From Selaginella moellendorffii (taxonomy: Eukaryota > Plantae > Lycopodiophyta), in assembly GCF_000143415.4 (NCBI RefSeq), contig NW_003314310.1, forward strand, positions 223,904 through 287,903: DNA of 64,000 nucleotides. The letters are read 5' to 3'. Of the stretch, positions 1-13,100 are shown in pieces. The translations under genes were made by a program, and so were the position numbers. The number at the start of each line of letters is the position of its first letter. Position 1 is the first letter of the stretch. The notes below the pieces were generated by a model. The model did no database searches and had not been told where the DNA came from. It saw nothing but the letters and a program-made list of their open reading frames with translations.

Positions 1-384
1 CCATGATGAACACGAGATAAAGCATCTACCACCACATTTGATTTTCCCGGACAATGCTTAATAGGAAACTCCCCAAAATTCATGAGTTTGACCATCCAAC
101 AAGCTTGTCTAGTGTTCAACTCTTTCTGTGTGAAAAGATACACAAGTGGTTTATGATTTGTCAACACCACAAACATCATATATGGAATAGCGTTGCTCTG
201 TGGAATTCAAAGTTCGACTCTCATATGCAATATGCTGTCCCTCTTGCATGAGAACTCTTCCCAGTGCATAACCATTCACATCACATGTCACCTCGTAAGG
301 TTTCGATGGATCAGCAATGCGAAACACTGGAGTCTTGCTCAACAGTCGTTTCAATGTCACAAAACTCTCCTCTTGTGGCTTCTT
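1..384 (-). pseudogene. Ty3/gypsy pol fragment (RNase H region), family 1
   Basis: ORF 151-468 has RIADPSKPYEVTCDVNGYALG...IAYESR. DNA matches ~11475-11917 of the complete element, with an internal deletion. Confidence 0.9.
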
Positions 385-1120
385 CGTTGCTGCTGAATCC
401 AGCCAAAGAACACTGCTTGTGGTATCCACCTCTACTCCTCGAGTCATCCATGACAAGCCATTAGCCATTAGCCATTAGCCATGCGTTGGAGCTGGTGCTG
501 AGCTTGGCTTTTTAACGTTGATTTTACGGTAAGAATTACTGATCATCACCTTCGAGCTCAGTCATAAGACACAAGAATCAGTCGAAGGTGACTCGGGTAA
601 GTCTACCTCGCAGCTACTGAGATTGAGCTAAGCAAACCTGATAGCTGGAATGGTTCTTCCTTTCAAACCACTGGCAATTCCGAATGTAGAACACCGGCTG
701 AATGTGGACTACTCTAAGATCTACAAGTCGTTAACTCTACCGGTAAATTTTAACATTTTTGGTTTATCATTTCCGAGGGGACTTGTCTTTCCCTTCGCAA
801 TTTCCTCTCTCAACAAGTAATGGCCTGCTTGTGGAAGCAGCATCCTGGAAGAATCTTTGCTATGTTTTGGAATGCTTGGTCTTCATGCTCACTGCTGCTC
901 TCATGTCTGGCACCAAAAGAGTTTCTTTGAAAATCCTGGAAAAAAAGAAACATCTATACATCCCGGCACTGGCTCACTGCTCAAAAGCTTTTCTAGAGCT
1001 CGAAATCGTCGTCCTTGAGCGCCTCTTGAAGGAGAGGGAACATTCTCTCCAACCTCTCAAACACCCACTCGCAGAAACCCTCGTAGAAATGCGAGAAAGG
1101 CATCCCGGCTGCTCCAAGTG

Positions 1121-2046
1121 TAACAACCGCGTCAAAGGAATAGCCACCTTTGCAAACTTATGCTAGAAATATCGGTAGTAGCTAACCATACCAAGAAAAC
1201 TATGCAATTTGGCTACTGTAGTCAGTGTAAGCTAGTTTTCCAACACAACCACCTTCTTTGGATCTGTCTTGACACCTTTAGATGTCACAATATAGCCTAG
1301 ATATTCCACCTTCGACTTTGCAAACTCACATTTGCTCTTCTTTGCATAAAGTTTGCTGTCTTGGAGTAACAAAAGAATCTTGCACAAATGCACTTTATGC
1401 TCCTCCACATTCTTGCTAAAAACAAAAATATTGTCCAAGAAAATCTCCACAAACTCATGAAGATAATGCCCAAATACCTTCATCATCAGCCGAGTAAATG
1501 TGGCTAGTACATTTGTCAAACCAAAAGGCATAACTGTAAATTCAAAATGTCCAAAGCTTGTGTTGAATGCCGTCTTGAAGATAGATGCATCATCCATTGC
1601 AATTTGATGATAACCATTCCTCAGATCAGTCTTGGTAAACACTCATGCTTCACTAAGCTTGTCTAAGATATCATCCACACATGGCATCGGCATTTTATCA
1701 TTCACTGTCTTTTTGTTCAAAGCACGGTAGTCAATACACATTCGCATTGAACCGTCCTTCTTCACAAGCAAACGGAGACTTACTTGGCTGAATAAATCTA
1801 AACTCAAGTAACTTTTTGACTTGTTGTTGAACTTCTTGTTCCTCTGCATAACTTAACCGAAATAGACGCTATTAAATTGGTTGTGTCCCCGGCTCCAATG
1901 TAATTCTATGTTTCACACCTCGTAATGGAGGCAACCCATAAGGAAATTCAGATGGAAAAACATCAGAAAACTCGTCAAGTATATCCCTTACTGTTGCTTC
2001 TCCCCCATACATGCCTTGGTCCCCCAAGTCACGAACAAATAGCAAG
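1121..2046 (-). pseudogene. Ty3/gypsy reverse transcriptase fragment, family 1
   Basis: KKDGSMRMCIDYRALNK, DLRNGYHQI, VMPFGLTN, FLDNI (YxDD variant). DNA matches ~11941-12880. Confidence 0.92.
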
Positions 2047-2984
2047 TGTTAGGGCATGGCCATTGAGAGAGTGAGAGAGAGAGAGAGGAAATATTCTGGT
2101 CCTCAAAATATTCCTCATCTTCTTTGTATAAAACCCTTGCCCCTCAAGGGCAAGGGGGGGCTTTTTGCAGAGAGCATCGAAGCATTTCTCATGTTTGAGC
2201 GAGCATTGGGGAGGCACCGCTCCTTCCCCCAACAAATGGTGAACCCGGCATGATGTGCAGCACTTTTTGAGGCGTCATTTCTCTCTTTTTCTTTTGGCCA
2301 CAGATTTGGGAAGCAATTTCTTGTTCGTATTAAGGTGATTTTGTTTTATCTTAGGCTTGTTGGATAGGATAGGAGCTCCTCTTTCCATTGAGGTATGACA
2401 CTCATCAAGTCGTGCAGTATTTGAAAAGATACAACATTTTTTGGCTCGATTGGAGGAACATTTTGGGGTTTTCACTTTCTCGCCTAGATTCTTGGCCTAA
2501 TTTCTCAAAGTAGTGCATTTGGGCTTGTAGATCTGGCCTAGATCTACAAGTAGTGATGATTCTTGGCATTGGATTTGGGCAAATTGATGGCATGCAAAAG
2601 GATTTTCTTCTCCGGTTAAGTTGGGTCATCTTTGTAGCAAGAATCCAAGCTTCTATAGGTTTTGTTTTGGATGCCTTTTGTTTCTAGAGGTGTTCCTAGT
2701 CCTAGGTTTTCTGAAGGTACCAACGATGCCTTAGTATCAATCTACATCAATTACATGCACATGTTTTTCCACAATATTGGTGTTCTAGGCTACCTCTTCT
2801 TGGATTTCAGGGAACATTGAGGTATCTTCTTCACGAATTCCCATGATAAAGGGTAAATGGGGATAAGCCCTTTCCAACGAGCCCACCAACAGTCAAAATA
2901 GGGAAGGATCGAGACCAGAAGACTTAGTTTTCTCTTTTGGGATAAACTTTCTTGGGAGTTCTTTGGGAACAAAGCAATCTTCAA

Positions 2985-3226
2985 GGAATAGGAGTAGGCA
3001 TAGGAACAAGATCAGGAGGAGCAAGAACAAGAGTTGGCATAGGAACAGGGACAGTAGGAGCAGGCACAGGGATAGGAGTTGGTGTTGGAGCAGGCAAGAG
3101 TACGAGTGAGGGCAGGGGGTTACCGGTTACAGGTTCCAGGTCCCCAGTTATTGATTACTAGTTACCAGTTACCGGCTACTCCAGTGGCTACTCCAGCAGC
3201 TACTCCGGTGGCTACTCCAGCAGTTA
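2985..3226. repeat. Short tandem repeats in the putative LTR/5' leader
   Basis: GGCATAGGAACA-like units at ~2985-3095 and four GCTACTCCRGYR units at ~3175-3222. Confidence 0.7.
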
Positions 3227-3649
3227 CCCTACAGGTCAATAGTTATGCGCGCTTGAGGCCTATGTCTCCTTCCATTTTTTGTCACACAAATTTTGGGCAA
3301 CTTTGAGCAACTTGAGCACTAGCCTACAGTTTTCTTGCTCCTGTCAACCCAATTGCCTTGACCAGGCATTTGCAATGTTAAGGGTATTTGATGCCGGTAC
3401 AAAATTTGCCGACAAATTGGCACCCTTGTACAAAGCTGCAGACAAATTGGCACCCTTTTACCATACCTCAAGGCCCTAAGGTACAGAGTAAACTTTCTCA
3501 CATCCAAAGGCATCTTCGGTACGACACAGCACCTTCTCAGGACGAGTCCTCTTCATCCTCGGCAGATTCCAAGGACTTAGATCTACGAGCTATGGCACAA
3601 CCACCTTTAGCTTGACCTCAGCTCCATGTTTTGTAGAAGGGGAGTGATC

Positions 3650-4431
3650 TCCTAACCTTCTCAAGTGTTGGAACAGTCTCTCCAACATCGCATATCAGTT
3701 GCTTTGATTACTATTGCACCACAAACATGATCATCGACGATGATCATATGTGCCGTGACCTCTTGCAGTCTCTCGAAGGCAAAGGAGCAACATAGCCAGA
3801 TTCTCTCCTCCTAGAGGACTGAACAGACTTCCAAACACTACTCGCTTCTTTCAGGGAACGTTTCGTTGGAGAAAAACCCACAAATCGGCTACTTGTTGAC
3901 CTCTTTTCGTTCCAGCAGGGTGCTCACAAGTCTATTCCTGACTATATCACTCGGTTTTAAGTATACTAGAAGTAGTGTTGGGATCACAAAGTGGTCCAAG
4001 ATGAGTAACAGGGGATCATGGCATTCACAGCGGGTCTGCGTGGGAACTTGCAATGGAAACTTCTTAAGAAGACATTCATGTCTTGCCACGAGGCATTTTT
4101 GTTTGCCACGAAGCTGGAAAGAGAGCTTCTTGTCGACTTGGGAATTGCTAAAGTTGATTCTGACCAAGCTATCACCCAGTCAGAGTCACCTTGTGCAGCT
4201 GTTTGCCTGTCCACACCAAACCCTGTCGCTATTGAGCATACAGTTCTGGCTATTGAGAACTTTGCAAACGAGATGTGGCAGCTGAAGGAGATCATTCTTC
4301 AGCAACAATCACACCATGACAAACTGCTCCAGGGGCTGGTGGAGTCCAAGAAAGAGGCCGCTACAGCTCAAGAATGCAGATTTAAGTCTTGTTGGTGCAC
4401 TCACTGCGAGACGAACACACACAACATATAG
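3650..4431 (+). pseudogene. Retrotransposon gag (degenerate)
   Basis: FQQGAHKSIPDYITRF-like segment, AFTAGLRGNLQ, terminal WCTHCETNTHN knuckle; contains stops and frameshifts. Confidence 0.7.
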
Positions 4432-4992
4432 TGTTGCTTCAAGCTTCACCCATATCTTTGACCTCCATCTTCTCAATGTGTCCAACAACATCCCTTCGTT
4501 GATAATTCCAAATCGTCTCGGGGTCTAGAGACATATCAGGAGCAGTTGGAGTGACAAGCATTTGAGGCAGCCTCTTCATCAAGCAAAGGCAAGGCACTAG
4601 CCTCATCGGTCAATACAATTTTGGTAGCTGAGGAACTCTATAGGCAACAGCAGCAAACTACAGCCACTTAAGCCCCAGTGAAGAAGAAGGCAGCTGCTCA
4701 GCTTGGCATAAATCCCTTGGCGTCGGTTAAGAGTGAATCTCTATCGGCACCAAATTCAATGACATAGAGGGTGGCTTGTAAGCTCCCCTTCAAGTCACTA
4801 CTCTCTTCTCCTCCTGAGATCTCACTAACAGCTATTTCTTTTCTGGAGCCGATTCTTCAACAGCTGGTTAACACTCCCATCACCTTTTTGCTCCGAGACA
4901 TATTGTGTCTTGTCCCGGGGTTTAGCCAGCGTTTAGAGGAGTTTGCATGATCAGGCACACCAGAGAGCACTCTCAAGAGAATTCCTTAAGAG

Positions 4993-5370
4993 GTGCACAT
5001 TGTCGACATGACAAGATATGGTGGAGATCCTGATCCATTCTTTGTCCCGGTGCAGATTGGTTCTTCCTCTTGTAGGATGGATGCTTTGGTTGACTCTGGT
5101 TTTGGAAGAAACATTATCCCTTTCGAAGCTGCCCTTTCAGCACAGCTACAGATCACTGGGAGCTCCTCTATCGTTCTCAAGACCTTCGCCAACCACACCA
5201 TTCCTCTAGCGGGCATTTGCTGTGGTGTCAAGGTCTCAGTGCAAGGTGTTATTTCTGAGGTAGATTTCCTCATAGACTACCAACATCTTGGAACATCCTC
5301 GTTGAAGGACTCTATCATCCTTGGCCGCTCATCGCAAGTCACAGCCCCTTGCAACATTGACAGTGCATAA
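4993..5370 (+). pseudogene. Retroviral-type aspartic protease
   Basis: DALVDSGFGRNII active-site motif and C-terminal IILGR motif. Confidence 0.85.
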
Positions 5371-5597
5371 GGCAAGATGGAAATTAGCGATGGAACCCAT
5401 AGTGCCACCTTTCTCAACAGCCACGATAGAGCTGTTTCTTGGAGAGGGAATATGACATTCAGACACACAACTGGCAGAAAGAATCAAGCCAATTGAACAT
5501 GTTGCATGTGAATTATAACTCTTTGACTTCAAAATTTCCTACTATGGAGCTCCCGGTACAGATCCAAGTGTATTACACTTAAACTTTAGCACCAGAC

Positions 5598-7067
5598 TTG
5601 GACTTGACTTTGGTGGAGGATATTCCTTCACTTGCAGAGTACTTGGCCACAATCCTTGCATCAAACATTGAGTGCTCAGAGCATCAGAAGCAAAGAGAAC
5701 AAGAAACAAAGACTCCAGATCCAACAGCAATGTTCTTACTTGACTTGCCAGAGATGGTCTTGCCAGATATGGTGTCCCCAGCATCTTTATTTGAAGAAGA
5801 GGACACTCCTATGATTACAGCTTATTTCAACAGTGCTTTCTACCCCAAAAACCAGGTTGCCTGCATTGGAGTTTGGATGATAGATTCTGTGGAGAACAAA
5901 GTAGCTAACCTCTCTATCACTTTGCCAGCAACATCAGCTAATGAAGCAGAGTACTTGGGGGCTATCAGTGCCATGAAGTTGGCCACAGATCTCAAGTTTA
6001 GGCGAGTCACTTTCGTTGAAGATGTGCAACTCATCATACACCAACTTACTGGAGAATACCAAATCCGCAAAGAGAACTTGAAAGAGCTATGGCAGCGGGT
6101 GGTCAACCTGAAGCATGAGTTCTCTCATGTGACTTTTCAAAGTGTCCCTCATGAAGAAAACTTTTGGGTGGACAGATTATCACATCAAGCAATCACCATG
6201 ATGCGAGAGGCAAAAGGCACTCCCTGCTCTTTGGTTTCCAAGGTTAGGGAGGAATCTAAGATAGATGAGCCCCTTGAGCCCAAGGTTTCTCTAGACTCCA
6301 GGGTTCATGCCATTTTCCTAGGTGATGACAAGGACGTGGTCTTTATTGCCATATCACGTCCTTCAACAAACGTAGCAAAGCTCTTCGATCTCCTTCATTG
6401 TTTCAAGGATGTGTTTTTTTGGGACTACAGCTCTCTTCTAGGAGTTCCCATGGACACAATCATGCATAGTATTGTGCTTTTAGAGTCAGCCAAACCAGTC
6501 CATCAAAAGATGTGGCGTTTCAGCCTGGCAGCTCACTGCAAGATGAAGTTGGAGATCGAGCGACTTCTGGCAGCCAGCTTTATTTACCCTTTAGAGAGCT
6601 CAGAGTGGGTGGCCAACCTCATCCTTGCATGCAAGGCAAATGGAAAACTCTGCCTCTGCGTTGACTTTCGAGACTTAAACAAGGCAACTGCAAAAGATCA
6701 CTTTCCGACTCCATTTATCGATGTGATTGTGGATGAGATGGCTAGACACCATTACTACTCTTTCATGGATTGCTTTTCAGAGTACAACCAAATCTTCATT
6801 CATTCCAATCATCGAGATCTTATGGCCTTCCGGACACCTTGGGGTGTTGGCTTGTGTAATGCCGGAGCTACTTTTCAACGCTTTATGACCCACACCTTTC
6901 ACAACGTGATTGGAGGCACCTTGAGGGTGTATATGGATGATCTGTGCATGACCTCTGACTCTTTTGAGAACCACCTTGTGCACTTGGAACAGATCTTCAC
7001 TCGCTGCCGACAACATAGGTTTTCATTGAACCCAGCAAAGTGTAAATTTGGGGTGACTGAAGGCTGA
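5598..7067 (+). pseudogene. Additional RNase HI (aRH) domain followed by reverse transcriptase
   Basis: SANEAEYLG...DVQLIIHQLTGEYQI...HEENFWVDRLS (RNase HI-like), then LCVDFRDLNKA, GLCNAGATFQR and VYMDD (RT). Confidence 0.88.
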
Positions 7068-8645
7068 TTGCTAGGCTTTGGTGTCTCATAAGATGGGATC
7101 AAGCCCTAGGTAGCCAAGGCTCAGGAGATGCTGGATCGGAACCCACTAACCAATGTGAAGCAGTTTCACAACTTCCTCAAGCAAACGGGTTTCTTCCGCC
7201 GTTTCCTCCACAACTATGCTGCACGTTCACGGCCTCTGATAGCTTTGCTACAACACAACTTTCCATTTGTCTGGGTGAGTTCCAGCAACAAGCCTTTGAA
7301 TCACTGAAGTAGTCACTCCGCACGGCGCCGGTACTCCAACCACCAAAACAACAACTTCCTTTTGACATTTACATCACAACGGGTACAAAGGCTTTTGGAG
7401 TATGCTTTTGCCAATGTTCACAACCTGGCAAGCCTCCACATGCAACATACTATGCCTCACATTTGTTCAGGGAGACTAAGAAGAAGTATATGGATGCAGA
7501 AAAAGAAGCAGTGCCTGTTGTTTACAACTTGGAGCGATTTCGTCACTATCTCATTGGAGCCCGTATCCATTTCCATGTCTATTTGAATGTGCTGACCTTT
7601 CTTTTATAACGACCGGTTCACAATCCTCGTACTTTATCTTGGATTGTGACCATCCAAGAGTTCCAGCCAACTTTTCACATGCGGCGGAAGCGTGTGATGG
7701 ATCCAAGTGAGTTCCTGGTTGCTGAAGCTACTTCCTTTGTCATCCCAGTAGCATTACAGGACATTATAGTGTACCTAGATTCAGGTTAGTTCCTAGCAGA
7801 TTTCTCACCAGTACAATAAAAGGCATTGGAGATCCGAGTACGGGGGTTTTGCCTTCTCGACGGACACATTTACAGGAGAACTTCTCAAGAAGTTTTGTTG
7901 CGGTGTGTGGGTGAATATGAGGTCCTTGAGCTCCTTCATGCTCTCCACTCTTGTGCGGGGCATTTTTTGGGACAGGTCAGAGCACACCTCCTCTTGTGCC
8001 ATGGTTACTTTTGGCCTCGGATTCACTAGGACAGCTTGGCCTAAGGCATGTGAGTAGTGCCAATGGTTCAACCCTTGGAGCCATGTTCCACGTCTTCCTT
8101 TCCAGCTCATCACTTCTTCGGGTCCCTTTTTCCAGTGGGGACTTGACTTTGTCGGCCTGATCAACCCACCAAGCTCAAAAAGACAGCGATACATCATCGT
8201 GGCGACAGACTATTTCATGAAATGGGTTGAGGCCACCCCTCTGTGATAGGCATATCAACAGTCTACAACAAAGTTTGTCTACAAGTACGTTATTTATCAA
8301 TTTGGAGTTCCTGCCATTTTGATTTCCAATCGTCGCAGCAGCTTCCTTGGACAAGTGATACAGCATCTTCTCCAATGACTGCAGGCCAAGCATGTGAAGA
8401 GTAGCAGGTATTATCCTTAGTGCAATGGCCAAGCCGAGTCCAGCAACAAGACATTAAAGACAGTCATCTCAAAGCTTGTGGAGGATCACCCGAGGTGTTG
8501 GCACGAGCACTTGGTTATGGCATTATGGGCCTTTCGGACGTCCTTCAAGACATCCATCTCCGTGACCCCATTCTCCCTTGTCTATAGGACAAAGGCTGTG
8601 CTTCTAGTGGAGATCCAAGTGCCATCACTCTCACTTTCACTTGGA
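7068..8645 (+). pseudogene. RNase H and integrase remnants of the Tat-type element
   Basis: HSCAGHF...GYFWP zinc-binding segment, PFFQWGLDFVG, IIVATDYFMKWVEA, LWAFRTSFKTS..TPFSLVY. Confidence 0.85.
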
Positions 8646-9091
8646 ACACAACTAATCAAGTGAGTAAGCTTCTCAATATAGTCCCCGAGTGTCATTTTCC
8701 CTTGCTGGAAATGTCGAAGTTCTGTATGAGCATTCTCCATGTCGTAATGAGGGACAAAATATAAACGGAAAGCAGCCTCAAACTCATCCATGGTAGACAC
8801 TGGTGGTTTCTTATCTGCAACACGAGACTCCTTAAGCCAATCTCGCAATAATACCAATGTTATGATCCGGCACAAAAAGATAGAGATCTAGTCGCCCTAA
8901 ACTATGTTAAGCCACCTCTTGAGGTTCCTCACAACCCAACCACCCCCGAGCTACCTCAAGAGCTCCACTGCACCGCCGCTTCACTGTGAGCCCTAGGGTA
9001 GGGTTGAGTCCTTTACCCTAACATTCCTTAATATACCTTTGAGCCTCCCTTTGACCGATGTTAATGACATGGTCAAAGCTGGCACCTAATA
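8646..9091 (-). mobile_element. Family-1 gypsy gag fragment plus 5' LTR (8858-9091)
   Basis: 8646-8840 matches gag at ~13838-14031. LTR TGTTATGATCC...CCTAATA matches 14444-14676. A PBS remnant (ATACCA) is adjacent. Confidence 0.9.
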
Positions 9092-9590
9092 GACATGATC
9101 TTGAATGAGCGAGTACACAAGACTATTGTCCAGGAAAAAGAAGGGGCTAGGTAGTTTTTGAGCTGAGCTCAAGTCAATGAAAGTCAATGAAAGTCAATAT
9201 AGTCCACCAAATACAAAAGTTGATGTTTAAATGATTGGTTCGGGACGAATCAACAATTCTATTCAAAACTTAAGACATATTTTCAGTCCAAGAAAAAGCT
9301 AAATAATATAAGTCTAATAAGAAAATAAATATCATAAGTCAAAGAAAAAACTCTATATTACCACTAAAAAATTTGACTAAAAAAAAAACTAAACTTAGTC
9401 TTCTTCGCCATCCACATCCACAAAAGGAGGAGTTTGTATAATATTATGCTCTCTAACTATGGGTTCTTGTTGTATATGAGCTTGTGTCATTGCTTCTGCA
9501 TAACATGGCAAATTATAGCCCACATCGTCGATCCACCTAATATACACAACCATGATGGAATTACTATAAGGAGAAATTTATACTTTATTA

Positions 9591-9818
9591 TCACTTGTTA
9601 TGAAATGTCCTAAGAACACCTTCAAATACACTCTCCTGCTCTAGTGCAAAAATTGCATGCCCAGCCTCTTTAGCCGCTAGCACCATTGAACCAAAACCTG
9701 TTGTATTATCAAGCACAATCCCCTCAGGAGGACAAAACAACTCTAGGAGGATTTGCATGGCCTTTAGTGAATGGTGTCGATAGCTAGGGAACTCTATATG
9801 ATGGTCCTTGTCAATGAC
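9591..9818 (-). pseudogene. C-terminal part of N4/N6 DNA methyltransferase-like domain (SAM-binding motif I region)
   Basis: KAMQILLELFCPPEGIVLDNTTGFGSMVLAAKEAGHAIFALE resembles the VLDxFxGxGxTxxAAxxxGRxxxGxE end of beta-class amino-MTases. Confidence 0.8.
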
Positions 9819-10051
9819 AGTTATGATCCAACGCAAAAAGACAAAGATCTAGTCACCCTAGACTATGCTATGCCACCTCTTGAGGTTCCTCACCACCCAA
9901 CCACCCCCGAGTTACCTCAAAAGCTCCACTATGCCACCGCTCCACTGTGAGCCCTAGGGTAGGTTAAGTCCCTTACCCTAACATGCGTTAATATACCCTT
10001 GAGCCTCCCTTTGACCGACGTTGACCATGTAGTCAAAGCTGACACCTAACA
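9819..10051 (-). repeat. 3' LTR, family 1
   Basis: AGTTATGATCC...CCTAACA, direct repeat of 14444-14676, with a minus-strand purine tract just internal. Confidence 0.95.
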
Positions 10052-10124
10052 ATTCTTACCCCCAATAAAGTCCGTGTCCCAAGGACGAGTTGTACTGGTG
10101 ATCACCCTTTCTAGGGAACCCTGC

Positions 10125-13100
10125 TCAAGCTCCTGGTCCATCTTCCACAGCCGTATACATCAAGGAGGCATTGGGCTCGTCACTCCAAGATAGTACACCT
10201 TTCAACTGGCTGACATAAAATATCGGATGAATTTTAACCTCAGCTGGCAATCGCACTCGATAAGCCGCTTTACCAATGCGCTCCAACACTTCATATGGAC
10301 CAACATATCGATGGGAAAGTTTATCACTCTTCCCTGTCCGTAAAGGCACCAAGGTGTTCTGCCGCTCACTTGACGGAAAGATCACACGCACAAAGACGAG
10401 ATCACCCACCTTATATTCCCGGAATTGGCGATGCTCATTGGCAAACTTCTCCACTCTATCCTGAGCTGCTTGCAAATTCCATTTGCACACCACCAGAATC
10501 TCATCAAGTTCTGTGGCCAAATCAGACACTTCAAAATCAAGATTATCTTGAATGTCCTTACTCAAATGCAATCCCAACTCCATTGCTGTTCAAGGATGCC
10601 TTCCAAACATGGCAAAGTAAAGACTTAGCTTGGTTCCACTGTGTTGGCTATTGTTGTAAGTAAATTGCACCAACAGAAGATATAGATCCCACTGTCCTTG
10701 CCTTTGACCAATGCTACAACATAGCATATCCTCCACCACCTGATTCACATGCTTGGTTTGCCTATCTGTCTGAGGATGAGCTCCACTCAAGAGATTTGAG
10801 TCACTTGCATAGCCTTTGCAAAGCTTTTTTAAAATCCACTGGTGAACTTTGAATCTCGATCACTAATGATGTCCTTCGGCAAACCAAAATCAGAAAAAAC
10901 CTTCTCCAAGTAAACTGCAACCAAGTTTGAGGCAGTGACAATCTTCCGAAGAGCCAATAATTTTACATACTTCGTCAACCGATCCACTATGACCCATACT
11001 TGCTCCTTTTGCCTCTGTGTTCGTGGCAAACAAGTGATGAAGTCCATAGAGATACTACACCAACGGCTCTAAGGAATAGGTAAAGGTTGCAAAAGTCCCC
11101 CTGGCTTCTCCCATTTCACCTTAACCCGCTAATAAAGTTCGCATGATTTACAATACTGAAGGATATCAGCCTTCATATTCCTCCAATAAAAGTTGCGCTT
11201 AATCAACTCATACGTGTTCTTCCCCCCAAAATGACCGGGCTCTGGATGATCATGATAGTGGAATAAAACTTGAGTAATTAATGGATCCACCTGTGGCAAA
11301 TATATAGGGCCATTGTAATAGAGAATCCCATCCACCAATGAGAAAGGGGCTTCCATCTGGTTTCGCAAAGAGGCCACCTCAATATCCTGAGCCTGAGCAT
11401 GCTCAACCAACTGTCCAAACTTGTTGACCACCTTACTCAAATGATGACAAAATCGTGTTTGTAACGTCGTCACATGACCAATACAAGATAAAGCATCTAC
11501 CACCACATTTGATTTTCTCGGACGATGCTCAATGGGAAACTCCCCAAACTCCATGAGTTTGACTATCTAACGAGCTTGCCTAGTATTCAACTCCTTCGGT
11601 GTGAAAAGATAGACAAGTGGTTTGTGATCTGTCAACACCATGAATACTGCATCATAAAGATAGTGCTGCCACGTCCCCAAAGCATGAACAATAGAGAGTA
11701 ACTTTTGCTCATATGTAGAATAGCATTGCTCCGCAGAATTAAAAGTTCGACTCTCATATGCAATAGGCTGTCCCTCTTGTATGAGAACTCCTCCCAGTGC
11801 ATAACCACTTGCATCACATGTCACCTCGTAAGGTTTCGATGGATCAGCAATATGAAGCACTGGAGTCTCGCTCAACAATCGTTTAAGTGCCACAAAACTC
11901 TCCTCTTGTGGCTTCTTCCACTCGAATGGCACATTCTTGCATAACAACCACGTCAAAGAAATAGCCACCTCTACAAACTTATGCTGGAAACGTTGGTAGT
12001 AACTAGCCATACCAAGAAAACTGCGCAACTCCTCGGCCACTATAGTCAGTGTAGGCCAGTTTTCCACCACAAACACCTTCCTTGGATCCGTGTTGACACC
12101 CTTAGATGTCACAATATGGCATAGATATTCCACCTCTGACTTTACAAATTCACATTTGCTCTTCTTCACATAAAGCTTGCTGTCTCGAAGTAACAAAAGA
12201 ACCTTGCGCAAATGCACCCTATGCTCCATATTCTTGCTAAAAACAAGAATATTGTCCAAAAAAATCTCCACAAACTCATGAAGATAATGCCCAAATACCT
12301 CCGTCATCAACTGAGTAAATATGGCCGGTGCATTCATCAAACCAAACGGCATAACTGTAAACTCAAACTGGCCGAAGCTTGTGTTGAATGCCAGCTTGGA
12401 GATAGATGCATCATCCATTGCAATCTGATGATATCCACTCCTCATATCAATCTTGATAAACACTCGTGCTTCACCAAGCTTGTCCAGGATATCATCCACA
12501 CGTGGCATCAGCATTTTATCCTTCACTGTCTTTTTGTTCAAAGCGCAGTAGTCAATACACATTCGCATTGAACTATCCTTCTTCTTCACAAGCAAGACCG
12601 AAGCACCAAACAAAGACTTACTTGGCTGAATAAATCCAAACTCAAGTAATTCTTTGACTTGTCGTTGAACTTCTTGCTCCTCCGCATAACTTAACCGAAA
12701 TGGACGCCGGTAAATTGGTTGCGTCCCCGGCTCCAATGTAATCCCATGCTCCACACCTTGTAACGGAGGCAACCCATGAGGAAGTTCATGTGGAAAAACA
12801 TCAGAAAACTCGTCTAGTACATCCCGTACTGCTGTTTCTCCCCCACACGTGCCTTGGTCCCCCAAGTCACGAACAAACAACAACTTGAAAGTGCTTTTCC
12901 ATTATGACAAGCCCGCTTCAAAGATGTAGCAGAGAGCATAACAACTGGTGGTTGAATGCCCTCGCCAAACCACACATCTTTAACGCCACCATACTCTAGC
13001 GAGATACGCTTAATACTCCACTTTATCTCTGGATCCACCTTCACCAACCATGGCATCCCAAGAATGAAATCCACACGATGGATATCCGCGAGATAAAAAG

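Larger units (their letters stand above)
2047..8645 (+). mobile_element. Decayed Tat-type Ty3/gypsy retrotransposon (gag-PR-aRH-RT-RH-INT) nested in the family-1 copy, 3' end deleted
   Basis: Begins TGTTAG where family-1 homology stops. Gag with CxxC-x4-H knuckle, protease DSG motif, RNase HI-like domain, RT, RNase H and integrase remnants follow in order. No 3' LTR seen. Confidence 0.8.

Noticed and set aside
9134-9142. 9-bp MULE target-site duplication for element A
   Set aside because: No match next to the other TIR copies, which abut internal element sequence after rearrangement.
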